IMG/VR virus record: IMGVR_UViG_3300005336_000001
Location: 1-64,000 of that record
Strand: one strand, 5' to 3'
Source of the DNA: a virus
Length of the DNA: 64,000 nucleotides
The notes below the pieces were generated by a model. The model saw nothing but the letters and a program-made list of their open reading frames with translations. It had not been told where the DNA came from and made no database searches. Below are positions 27,760 to 36,702 of this stretch, piece by piece. Position numbers and translations under genes: made by a program. The first letter of the stretch is position 1. Each line of letters starts with the position of its first letter.

Positions 27760-29456
27760 CACGTTTATTCAAGTTTTTGGTCGCTGCATTTTTGCTGCTT
27801 CCTATATCTGCTTTGGCGCAGAGTGGCGGGCAACTTCAACCGGGGCAGGTCTTGGGTAATTCCACCGCCTCGCCTAAACCAGCGGCAGGTGCCTCCCTTG
27901 CGGCCATGTTTGCGCAAGGATTTTGCAATACACAAGGAGCCATCTTAACACGTAATGCCTCCACTTGGGTTTGTCTTAACCCCGGCACTGTGAGCCTTCC
28001 ACTTCTGTCAGGTGGTGCAGGTGGGAACGTTGCTTATAGTCAGGTGCCTAATGCTGGCATCCTTAATCCATCAACAACGGTTAATGGTGTTACCTGCACC
28101 CTTGGTTCTACCTGCACCATTACCGCATCGGCAGGCACCATCACCGTTGGCGTGACTACTGTCGCTGGTGGTCCGGGTCTTCTTTATAATACCACAAGCG
28201 GTGGAACACTTACTGCTGTTACTCTTTCCAATAATGGTGTGCTGGTCACCAATGGTTCCGGTGTGCCGTCTGTGTCCACCACTTTGCCGTCTGGTTTGTC
28301 TATCCCAGCTCCAACCATTACTGGAGCGCTCACGTATGGGGGTGTGGCTCTAAGTGCTGCTGTCACTGGCACCGGTTCCATGGTCCTGTCAGTTAGCCCA
28401 ACCATTACTGGCACTCTTAGCTCGGCCATTCACACAATTACTTCCAATTCCGCTTCTGCCCTTGCGGTTGGATTGAACGGTGCTACCAATCCAGCATTCA
28501 ATGTGGACGATTCTACAGCTTCGTCTGCTACTGGTATCTCTATCAAGTCTTTTGCGGCTGGTGGTGGCGTTAGCATCTCAGCTATTTCCTCGGGTACAAA
28601 TGAGGGATTGGCGATCAACGCTAAAGGTAGTGGTGTTATCAGTATCGGCAATGTGTCGACCGGCTCTGTCAATATCACGCCACAGATTAATTCTGCCAAC
28701 CATGTAATTACGTCCGCATCGTTTAATTCATTCACGGTTGGTTTAAATGGTGTTACCAATCCAGCATTCAATGTGGACGATTCTACAGCTTCTTCTGTTA
28801 CGGGAGTTAGTATAAAATCGGCGGCGGCTGGTGGTGGCGTCGCTTTGTCGACTACATCTTCTGGCACGAATGAAGCGCTCCTTATTAGCGCTAAAGGTAC
28901 CGGCGGCATCACTATTGGGAATACATCAACAGGCACCGTTACGATCAACCCAGCGGTTTCACTTACATCGACGGTTAACGGCCTGACTGTAGTTCCTACT
29001 GGCGGCGGCGCTTCATTGCAGGTGAATAGTGGTGTCTCCTTTGTGGTCACCAACAATATTACGCTGTCAGGAACGAATGGAACGACGTGGACTGGGCCGT
29101 CTTCGAATGCGAATCTGGCTGCGCTTAACATCGCCAGCCAGACGATAACTGGTGGTGCTGGTGTTACATCTCAATCATTATCCACTGGGTCTATTACAGC
29201 AGACTGCACGACACGGCCACTTCAGACGATAACTGGCGCACAAGTGGCGTGGTCCATTACTGCACCCTCCACGGATGGAAGTTGCATCATCAAGCTGACA
29301 AATGCTGCATCCAGTGCAGTTGCCCCAACATTCTCCGGTTTTACAGTCGGCAGCAATACAGGTGACCCACTGACGTCTGTAAATTCGTCTGCTTTCATGA
29401 TTTGGATCGCACGTGTTGGTGGCACATCCACTTATTCAGTAAAGGCCCTTCAATGA
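27756..29456 (+). CDS. Ser/Thr/Gly-rich fibre-like protein with signal-peptide-like N-terminus
   Basis: ATGA coupling at 27756; MTRLFKFLVAAFLLLPISALAQ; internal 90-aa duplication. Confidence 0.7.
   Translation: MTRLFKFLVAAFLLLPISALAQSGGQLQPGQVLGNSTASPKPAAGASLAAMFAQGFCNTQGAILTRNASTWVCLNPGTVSLPLLSGGAGGNVAYSQVPNAGILNPSTTVNGVTCTLGSTCTITASAGTITVGVTTVAGGPGLLYNTTSGGTLTAVTLSNNGVLVTNGSGVPSVSTTLPSGLSIPAPTITGALTYGGVALSAAVTGTGSMVLSVSPTITGTLSSAIHTITSNSASALAVGLNGATNPAFNVDDSTASSATGISIKSFAAGGGVSISAISSGTNEGLAINAKGSGVISIGNVSTGSVNITPQINSANHVITSASFNSFTVGLNGVTNPAFNVDDSTASSVTGVSIKSAAAGGGVALSTTSSGTNEALLISAKGTGGITIGNTSTGTVTINPAVSLTSTVNGLTVVPTGGGASLQVNSGVSFVVTNNITLSGTNGTTWTGPSSNANLAALNIASQTITGGAGVTSQSLSTGSITADCTTRPLQTITGAQVAWSITAPSTDGSCIIKLTNAASSAVAPTFSGFTVGSNTGDPLTSVNSSAFMIWIARVGGTSTYSVKALQ
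28484..28792 (+). repeat. 270-nt-period internal duplication with 39-nt identical core (28484-28522, 28754-28792)
   Basis: taccaatccagcattcaatgtggacgattctacagcttc occurs twice. Confidence 0.9.
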
Positions 29457-32146
29457 TTGTTGCTCGTTTCAACGCAATCGTCTTAGTACTTTGGTTGGCG
29501 GTTGCGCCAGTCTTTGCACAAATTGGCCCCGTACCGACCATCGTTGCCCTTGCTATTCCACCATCAGCATCGGGGACTACCTCGGCGCTGGACTGCACGG
29601 GCGGAACGATAACCACCAGTGGTGTTAATCGCATCCACACGTTCACGAGTGGCGGTACTCTAACGTGCACTGGTAGCGGAACCGCAAGCTATCTGATTGT
29701 CGCAGGTGGTGGCGGCGGTGGCTCTGGTGTCGCTGGCCTATCGAACGGCGGCGGCGGCGGTGCGGGTGGCGTGTTGAGCGGAAGCGCGTCTCTTGGGGCG
29801 GGTACGTTCACAGCCGTAGTTGGCGGCGGCGGCGCTTCAAATATCTCCGGGTCGAATAGTTCATTCAATGGCGTTACCGCGACCGGCGGTGGCGCGGGCG
29901 GCGGCAACGGTGGCACCGGCGTCAACGGCAGCGCGGGAGGCTCCGGCGGCGGAGGTAACGGCACCACCACCAATTTTGGCACCGGCGGTGCTGGCACCGG
30001 CGGCCAAGGCAACAACGGCGGCGCGGGTGTCGGCAGCACGGCGGCACCGGGTGGCGGTGGCGGCTGCAATGCAGTCGGCGGCGCGGGCGTCGGAAGCAAT
30101 GGTGGCGCAGGTGGTAACGGCTGCTCGTCGTCGATCAGCGGTAGCGCGGTCACTTATGGTGGCGGTGGCGGTGGCTCGACCGCGACCGGCGGCGCGAGTG
30201 GCGCGGGCGCTGGGGGCTCCGGCGGCGGTGGTCAGGGTTCAACTGGCGGTGCAGGCACGGCAGGCACAGCCAATCTCGGCGGCGGTGGAGGCGGTGGAGG
30301 CAACGCTGGTTCAGCGGCGGGTGGCGCAGGCGGCTCCGGCGTCGTCATCGTCTCCTATGCCGCGCAGGTCACGGTGTTCCTAACGTCGTCGAGCGGCAAC
30401 TGGGTTGCCCCGTCGAATTGGAACAGCGGCAACAATTCGATCGAGACTATTGGCGGCGGCGGCGCAGGAAACAACTCCGCAGGTGGCGGAGGTGGAGGTG
30501 GCGCGTATTCCAAGGCTACTAACGTAGCACTCACGGCTGGTACTCCAGTTTCGTTCGTCGTCGGTTCGGGCGGCGCAACGTCGGGCAGCAGCGGCGGAGA
30601 CACCTATTTCTGTAATGCCACCTCCAACTGCGCGAGCATTTCCGGTACGTCGGTTCAATCGGGAGCGAAGGGCGGTGTAGGTGCCACCACAGGGACTGGT
30701 GGGGCTGGTGGCGCTGCCGCGTCCGGCGTGGGCAGCACAAAGAACAGCGGCGGCACGGGCGGCAACGTCGGCACCAATTCATGGGGTGCTGGTGGCGGCG
30801 CTGGAGGTCCGAACGGTGCGGGTGCGACTGGCGGCAACGGTATCAGCTCTGGCTTGGGATCGGGCGGTGGCGGTGGCGGCGGCAATGGCGGCGGCACGGC
30901 TGGTGCTAACGGTGTCTCGACAACGACCGGCGGTGCAGGCGGCAATAACTCTCTAGCGGCTGGCGGTGGGGCTGGCGGCATCAATGCGTTTGGCTCTGCG
31001 GGAACATTTGGCGGCGGCGGTGGCGGCGGCGGTGGAAATGGAAACGGCGGTGGTGCTGGTGGTGCCGGTGTCGAATTCAGTGCGTCTCCCTCGTTCGGAT
31101 CGGGCGGCGGCGGCGGTGGTGGCGCGAGCAATGGCGTGCCGGGCGGCAACGGTGGTCTTTACGGTGGCGGCGGCGCTGGCGGTCTCACGACCGCAGGTGC
31201 GGGCGCGCTGGGCCTGATCGTCATCAAGTGGACGCCGACCACGGGCACACAGGTCTACACATTCACCGCAAGCGGTACGTTTTATGCACCGAGCAGTTTT
31301 TCATCGTCAACTTCAGAGGCGTGGGGTGCTGGCGGAAGTGGTGCCGCTGGGACGTCATCGCTCCGTGGTGGTGGCGGCGGTGGTGGCGGAGCATATTCAT
31401 TCTCCTCTGCATCTTTAGCTGTAAATACGCCCTATGTGCTTACGGTGTCTGGATCGACCACTGGTGGAGTCGCCTCAGGTAATGATGGCACAACGGGTGG
31501 TGATAGTTATTTCGGTGGTGCAAGTTGTGGAGCCGCACTCGTATGTGCCAAGGGCGGCGGAGCAGGTCTTGCATCCGGTAACGGCGGATCAGGAGGTGCG
31601 GCAACTTCTGGCATTGGTACTGTCAAGAAAAATGGGGGTGCAGGCGGTACAGGCGTCACCAATCGCGCGGGCAACGGTGGTGGTGGTGCTGGTGGCCCCA
31701 ACGGAGATGGACAAACAGGCGGCAGCAATAGCGCCGCCAACGGACCCGGAGCTGGTGGCGGTGGACCGGATGGTGGTTCGGCTGGCGGCTCCCCGTCGGG
31801 CACGACGGGCGGCAATGGCGGCAACAATTTCGCAGGAACAGGCGGTGGTATAGGAACGACGACTGTTGCTGGGTCAGCGAGCGCTGGCGGCGGTGGTGCT
31901 GGGGGTGGCGCAGGATCGACCTTCAATGCCGGGGGTAATGGAGCTAACGGAACAGCAAACAATGCGGGTGGCGGCGGTGGTGGCGGCGGCAACAATAACA
32001 CCACATCGGTTGCTGGCGTCGCAGGCGGAAATGGTGGCTTATACGGCGGTGGCGGTTCTGGTGGTATGGGGACCGGCGCAGTTAGTTCGTCCTCAAACGG
32101 CGGCAATGGTGCTGCTGGTGTTATTGTCGTAAGTGTAAAACCATAG
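29453..32146 (+). CDS. glycine-rich fibre-like protein, three Gly-rich domains
   Basis: ATGA coupling at 29453; repeated HTFT..GT / GGGGxG / GxxGVVIV modules. Confidence 0.85.
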   Translation: MIVARFNAIVLVLWLAVAPVFAQIGPVPTIVALAIPPSASGTTSALDCTGGTITTSGVNRIHTFTSGGTLTCTGSGTASYLIVAGGGGGGSGVAGLSNGGGGGAGGVLSGSASLGAGTFTAVVGGGGASNISGSNSSFNGVTATGGGAGGGNGGTGVNGSAGGSGGGGNGTTTNFGTGGAGTGGQGNNGGAGVGSTAAPGGGGGCNAVGGAGVGSNGGAGGNGCSSSISGSAVTYGGGGGGSTATGGASGAGAGGSGGGGQGSTGGAGTAGTANLGGGGGGGGNAGSAAGGAGGSGVVIVSYAAQVTVFLTSSSGNWVAPSNWNSGNNSIETIGGGGAGNNSAGGGGGGGAYSKATNVALTAGTPVSFVVGSGGATSGSSGGDTYFCNATSNCASISGTSVQSGAKGGVGATTGTGGAGGAAASGVGSTKNSGGTGGNVGTNSWGAGGGAGGPNGAGATGGNGISSGLGSGGGGGGGNGGGTAGANGVSTTTGGAGGNNSLAAGGGAGGINAFGSAGTFGGGGGGGGGNGNGGGAGGAGVEFSASPSFGSGGGGGGGASNGVPGGNGGLYGGGGAGGLTTAGAGALGLIVIKWTPTTGTQVYTFTASGTFYAPSSFSSSTSEAWGAGGSGAAGTSSLRGGGGGGGGAYSFSSASLAVNTPYVLTVSGSTTGGVASGNDGTTGGDSYFGGASCGAALVCAKGGGAGLASGNGGSGGAATSGIGTVKKNGGAGGTGVTNRAGNGGGGAGGPNGDGQTGGSNSAANGPGAGGGGPDGGSAGGSPSGTTGGNGGNNFAGTGGGIGTTTVAGSASAGGGGAGGGAGSTFNAGGNGANGTANNAGGGGGGGGNNNTTSVAGVAGGNGGLYGGGGSGGMGTGAVSSSSNGGNGAAGVIVVSVKP

Positions 32147-32210
32147 ATGTGATTGCAATTACGTCATAAATCATCTATCTATCATGCACGTAAACACATG
32201 AGGAGTTCCA

Positions 32211-32462
32211 ATGCGTAAAGTTATGTGTCTGGCAGCCTTGTTGATTTTTACTTCTCCCGCCTCTTCTCAAAACGTTGAAATCAGCCCAGTTGTTCAGAAA
32301 ATGATGGACTCTCTTGCTACCCAAAGAAACACTGCTTTGAACGCTCAGGCAATTGCCGAATCCAATCTGGCAATTGCAAATGAGGATCTAAAAAAGGCTC
32401 AAGATCGCATCAAAGAACTTGAGAAAAAGACTGATCCTGACAAAAAACTTCCAACAAAGTAA
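32211..32462 (+). CDS. signal peptide + coiled-coil protein
   Basis: GAGGAG SD; MRKVMCLAALLIFTSPASS. Confidence 0.7.
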   Translation: MRKVMCLAALLIFTSPASSQNVEISPVVQKMMDSLATQRNTALNAQAIAESNLAIANEDLKKAQDRIKELEKKTDPDKKLPTK

Positions 32463-32471
32463 GGCAGCGTC

Positions 32472-33326
32472 ATGCAAATAGTTGGAAAGAAATTTACTCA
32501 CGCAGAATTCCAATCATATCTCGATAACTTGTCCGTATCTAAGTGGGCAAAGTTTGTAGTGGTGCACAATACCAGTGAACCTGATATTGCCCTCTATCAT
32601 CAGTGGGAAGCGCGTCAAGGCAAATATGCCAATTGGACATCGGAACAATGGTTGAGGAATCTTTCCAGCTATTACTCAAGCTTGGGGTGGTCAGGTGGGC
32701 CACATTTGTTTGTCCCACCCACGCCTGACACAATTCTTATTCTTAATCCACTTACCACAAGTGGCATTCACACCCCTTCTTGGAATACCATCAGCCTTGG
32801 TGTAGAAACAGTTGGTGAGTTTGAACGCGAACCATTTGATGATCCCACTCGAGCCAATTTGGTGTTTGCACTTGCTGCTCTTCATAAGAAGTTTGGGTTG
32901 AATCCAGTCGACTTTCAACTTGGTGTTAAAGGTTTGCATTTCCACAAAGAGGATCATGCGACCACACACAAAACATGCCCCGGTAAGAACATGGTCAAAA
33001 TTGACCTTGTTTCCAGAGTAGCTCTTGCCATGAACATTGTGGCTCCCAAACCACCAGTTGTTCCATCTGATCCCCATACGCATGACGTGCCTCTTGCCTC
33101 ACAAGAGGCAGACACCAGCAAATTGAACTCAGTAGAGCTAGTTTCTATGTATTGGCTGCAAGCTGCATTAAATCAGTGGAAGCCTGATCTTAAGTTGGCG
33201 GTGAACGGTAATCGTGATACACCGACAATCAATGCCATTGAGGCTTTTCAGACTTCTCATGGTCTGGTTGTGGACGGAGTAGGTGGCCCCGTCACTCGCA
33301 TCACCATTAAACATGCAAACGCATAG
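32472..33326 (+). CDS. endolysin: N-acetylmuramoyl-L-alanine amidase + PG-binding domain
   Basis: VVHNT, GPHLF, HKE...KTCPG; C-terminal FQ...GLVVDG..GP.T. Confidence 0.9.
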   Translation: MQIVGKKFTHAEFQSYLDNLSVSKWAKFVVVHNTSEPDIALYHQWEARQGKYANWTSEQWLRNLSSYYSSLGWSGGPHLFVPPTPDTILILNPLTTSGIHTPSWNTISLGVETVGEFEREPFDDPTRANLVFALAALHKKFGLNPVDFQLGVKGLHFHKEDHATTHKTCPGKNMVKIDLVSRVALAMNIVAPKPPVVPSDPHTHDVPLASQEADTSKLNSVELVSMYWLQAALNQWKPDLKLAVNGNRDTPTINAIEAFQTSHGLVVDGVGGPVTRITIKHANA

Positions 33327-33335
33327 GGGAATGTT

Positions 33336-33641
33336 GTGACCAGTCAATCTTTTCAACAATATGTGCGTATTCTTTTGTATAACTTGTTCGCCGCACTCGC
33401 ATCCTATGGCATCACCACTCCTGACAATACCAAAACGCTGATCTTCAGCGTTGTTGGCCTCATGGCCAATCTTGTGTGGACGATGTACGGAACACGTCTG
33501 AACGGGCTGCTTGAACAGGTCAAAGAAAAGACTGGTGTTCAGGAAGTTGCCATTAAAGTTGATCCTGAAGTAATTACAGCAACCGATGTCAATGCAGCTA
33601 CTTCGGTTGGTATTATTGCTACTCCAGCAAAAGGCACCTGA
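33336..33641 (+). CDS. putative holin
   Basis: Two TM segments directly after endolysin. Confidence 0.6.
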   Translation: MTSQSFQQYVRILLYNLFAALASYGITTPDNTKTLIFSVVGLMANLVWTMYGTRLNGLLEQVKEKTGVQEVAIKVDPEVITATDVNAATSVGIIATPAKGT

Positions 33642-33642
33642 C

Positions 33643-34044
33643 ATGAAGAAGTACCTAGCAGTAGCGTTGCTTGCCATTTCATTGGGTGGCTGTGCGCAAC
33701 TCCAAGCCATCCAATCGGCCATTCAGATTGGAACGGCCACCGCTGCCAACCCAGTAACACCTGATCGTCTTTTCCAAATGGAAAATGCAGCTCAGTTGAT
33801 TTTTGTTGGCCTCAATACGTGGAAGACTTCGTGCAAGAACGGGATACTTCCTGTTAGTTGCAAAACTCAAATTGCAGCAGTGCAGGTCTATACACGTCAA
33901 ATTCCGCCATACCTTGCACAACTTCGATCATTTGTTAAGAAAAATGATCAAATCAACGCACAGGTCGTTTTCAATCAGATTACCAGCTTGATTTCTATTG
34001 TTAAAACACAAGCTGCGCAATCCAACGTGCCATTGGGGAGCTAA
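33643..34044 (+). CDS. lipoprotein (possible spanin component)
   Basis: MKKYLAVALLAISLGGC lipobox. Confidence 0.7.
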   Translation: MKKYLAVALLAISLGGCAQLQAIQSAIQIGTATAANPVTPDRLFQMENAAQLIFVGLNTWKTSCKNGILPVSCKTQIAAVQVYTRQIPPYLAQLRSFVKKNDQINAQVVFNQITSLISIVKTQAAQSNVPLGS

Positions 34045-34046
34045 AA

Positions 34047-34256
34047 ATGGATATCGCAGCAATCTTGGCATTGATTGAAAAGGGCGTAGCAGTCATCAGC
34101 ACTGCTATCTCAATTGGTGCTAGCGCCGCACCCGCAATCAAAGTGATAGAAGATTTAATTGCAGGTGCCAAATCAGGTACTGTCACAGACGAGGAACTCG
34201 CTGCTGCTGAACTTGCATTGGATGCAATGATCGACGACTTCAACACCCCTCTTTAA
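34047..34256 (+). CDS. hypothetical protein
   Basis: GGAG SD; 69 aa. Confidence 0.7.
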   Translation: MDIAAILALIEKGVAVISTAISIGASAAPAIKVIEDLIAGAKSGTVTDEELAAAELALDAMIDDFNTPL

Positions 34257-34272
34257 AAGTGGGTGGACTAAA

Positions 34273-34473
34273 ATGCCGGATTGGATTGACAAGGTCGTCA
34301 CTGGTGGCCCTGCGTTTATATTTGCGGTCTTATGGTGGCTAGAGCGGCAAGAACGTCATCAAGAGCGTGACGAACACAGAACCGTATCTAAAGAAATGCT
34401 TTCAGCCATGATTAAAACTGAAAGTACTCTTGACACCCTTGGAAAAATCTTTGAAGGCGGAAGAGCACCATGA
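34273..34473 (+). CDS. single-TM holin-like protein
   Basis: N-terminal TM plus coiled coil. Confidence 0.6.
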   Translation: MPDWIDKVVTGGPAFIFAVLWWLERQERHQERDEHRTVSKEMLSAMIKTESTLDTLGKIFEGGRAP

Positions 34474-34700
34474 TGTCGAAACTGTTGAAATGGTTGCGGC
34501 CCACAAAATCATCCTCTCCTGATGTTGAGCAGGCAAAAGAGCTTGCGCGTCGCATCCATCACAAGGCCGAGAAGCTTCAGAAGCAATTAGATCATTACCG
34601 CAACGCAAAAGAGCCTGCTGTAGCTCTTTTTGCCGACGTCTATAATGCACGCCAAGTCAGCCGCATTCATTACGGTTTGAACGGCAAGCATCATATCTAA
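34470..34700 (+). CDS. hypothetical protein
   Basis: ATGA coupling. Confidence 0.65.
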   Translation: MMSKLLKWLRPTKSSSPDVEQAKELARRIHHKAEKLQKQLDHYRNAKEPAVALFADVYNARQVSRIHYGLNGKHHI

Positions 34701-34777
34701 AACGAGTCAAGAGGTTACAACGCCTTTTGATTTTTGTAATTTGGCCCCCTCGTTAAACAAAGCAGGGGATACTTCCT

Positions 34778-35287
34778 ATGAAATTACGAAGCTTTTTCGC
34801 CGTGCTGGTATTTTTGGCGTTTGCCATTAGCCCGGCCCAAGCTCGAAAGCAGCATCAGGTCTATCAAGCTGCTGAGGGCTGCAATGTGTTGTGGCCTTGT
34901 GAGGGAGTAAACACCTCCTCGCGTGGAGTGGCCATTGTAAAGGCCATGCACGGCTTTGGGGTGGCTCGTAAGGTGTACAGGGTCAATGGAGCAGTCATTG
35001 GGGGGAGGCCCTCAGGCTGCCCCTACCAGTTCTGTGGGTGTGGAGCATCATTGTACTTGTTTGGCAAAATCATCCCACGCCTCAACCTTGCAGCCAATTG
35101 GTTCAGCTTCCCACGTTCAACACCAGCCCCCCGTATGGTAGCAGTCCGCAGTCACCACGTGATGGTGTTGGTATCTCACGTATCAGGCGACACGTGGATG
35201 GTTCATGATTCCAACAGCGGCGGCCATCAGACACGACTTCATGAGCGTTCAATCCGTGGCTACTCAATCGTAAACCCAAGCGCATGA
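34778..35287 (+). CDS. secreted protein, possible CHAP/NlpC-like peptidase
   Basis: Signal peptide; FCGCG...LAANW...HHV...HDSNSG. Confidence 0.55.
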   Translation: MKLRSFFAVLVFLAFAISPAQARKQHQVYQAAEGCNVLWPCEGVNTSSRGVAIVKAMHGFGVARKVYRVNGAVIGGRPSGCPYQFCGCGASLYLFGKIIPRLNLAANWFSFPRSTPAPRMVAVRSHHVMVLVSHVSGDTWMVHDSNSGGHQTRLHERSIRGYSIVNPSA

Positions 35288-35514
35288 TATTGCTTCTGCC
35301 ACCACAATTGGCACATGACGCGAAGAGGCAGATAGTCATATCTGCCGCTTTGCACGGTATCAAGAACCCTGTGGTGGTGGAATTGCCTTCTGACGAAGGC
35401 ATGCGACGGTTTGAGATAACTCAGGGGGAGCAGGTGCCGGAGTCTGCTCCCCCTAGTTCAGACGTTGATCAGCCCAAGATCACTCAGGGGCCGCTCACTC
35501 CACAAGGGCAGTGA
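35284..35514 (+). CDS. hypothetical protein
   Basis: ATGA coupling; last gene of + arm. Confidence 0.55.
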   Translation: MILLLPPQLAHDAKRQIVISAALHGIKNPVVVELPSDEGMRRFEITQGEQVPESAPPSSDVDQPKITQGPLTPQGQ

Positions 35515-35531
35515 AATTAAAAACCCAACGT

Positions 35532-35741
35532 CTAAAGTTTGTGACCCAAGGCCACGCGGCAAGCTATAACAGCCGCCTTTGCAGTTGCATCGTCAGGAAA
35601 ACGAGCGAGGTGTTTCTTCAGATTCACCAGCTTGTTCTGTTCACGACGATGGGAGTTTTTGTAGTGCAAGCAATAAACGGACTGACGCCCATGCTTGCGG
35701 TTTTTCTTAGACTTTTTTGCACGATGTTGTGCGGTAGCCAT
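35532..35741 (-). CDS. small basic protein
   Basis: 69 aa; converges with + arm. Confidence 0.6.
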   Translation of the reverse strand: MATAQHRAKKSKKNRKHGRQSVYCLHYKNSHRREQNKLVNLKKHLARFPDDATAKAAVIACRVALGHKL

Positions 35742-35860
35742 GACATGCCCTCAAGGGCGGAAGTGCCCTAAGTACTTGTCATGACGTGCTCCTGTTTCAT
35801 GGGTCAGCTCCTTGCCAATGTGCGGCTTGATAGTTGCACAGCCTGCACAAGTAAAGGAAA

Positions 35861-36166
35861 TTATTTGTTACGTGCCAAGTAAAGTTCACAAAAGAGCGCG
35901 TCTCTTGTTTCTTTGGGCTCAGCAGATAGCCTAGACAAGATCTCCAAGTACGGGCTGCCCCATATCTTTTGAGCAATATAATGATCAAAGATAAGGTAAT
36001 CCGCACTTGGTATTTCTTGTGGAGCTTGGCTCCCATTTTGGGTGAAAATCAGATGGTGCCCAGTAACAGCCACATCTACGTTTGGAAACGCTTCACGGAT
36101 GACAGCACAAAAAACTTCTGTGTTGTCAGTATTCCGTTTGTTTTCTGTTTCCCACAAACGAGCCAT
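35861..36166 (-). CDS. hypothetical protein
   Basis: TAATG coupling to GcrA stop. Confidence 0.65.
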   Translation of the reverse strand: MARLWETENKRNTDNTEVFCAVIREAFPNVDVAVTGHHLIFTQNGSQAPQEIPSADYLIFDHYIAQKIWGSPYLEILSRLSAEPKETRDALFCELYLARNK

Positions 36167-36702
36167 TATCTGTTTATGTAAGTTCGTACAGCCAGCAGCG
36201 TGTGTGTCTCGCAATATGGTTTATCAACCAAACGACGGCATCCACAAAATCGGAAATCGGATTGCTTTGGATCTCCCATCGGCCACTTGCACATGGTGGG
36301 CTGGAGTTCAGCAAACGTGACTGCCGTATCGCTCTCAATAAGTTTCAACCTTACTCGTTCCTTCTTTTTAACTAATACCAGTCTAGCTGGTCGTGGCATC
36401 AATCCTCTGGCTATCAATGCGGTATTGGCGCGAAGGTTTTTGTGAGACTTGAAAATGTTTCTGCTAATGACTTTCTCACCAGCCGGTTTTAACAACCCAG
36501 CTTTTCGTGCCCTATCTAATTTTCCTGCTATTGAGCCCCTTGAGCGGCCTACGTCTTCAGCGATTTTGCCCATTGAATGACCATCATTAAAGAGGTTGAT
36601 TACGACAGTGATCTCTTCAGAAGTCCATGCTTTGCCAATTCCGCGCCAGTTCAACTTAGTTGATTCTGCTGTCGGCTTCAATTGTGATGCTGCTTCTTCC
36701 AT
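36166..36702 (-). CDS. gcrA: GcrA-family transcription regulator
   Basis: WT.E...G.S..KIA....SR.SIAGKL.R HTH; CKWPMGDP...FCG...PYC..H. Confidence 0.9.
   Translation of the reverse strand: MEEAASQLKPTAESTKLNWRGIGKAWTSEEITVVINLFNDGHSMGKIAEDVGRSRGSIAGKLDRARKAGLLKPAGEKVISRNIFKSHKNLRANTALIARGLMPRPARLVLVKKKERVRLKLIESDTAVTFAELQPTMCKWPMGDPKQSDFRFCGCRRLVDKPYCETHTLLAVRTYINR

Noticed and set aside
28484-28792. CRISPR array or DGR template/variable repeat
   Set aside because: Only two copies, in-frame inside one gene; no reverse transcriptase or cas genes.
29689-32106. Pro-rich - strand ORFs
   Set aside because: Shadow frames of GGC/GGT glycine codons.
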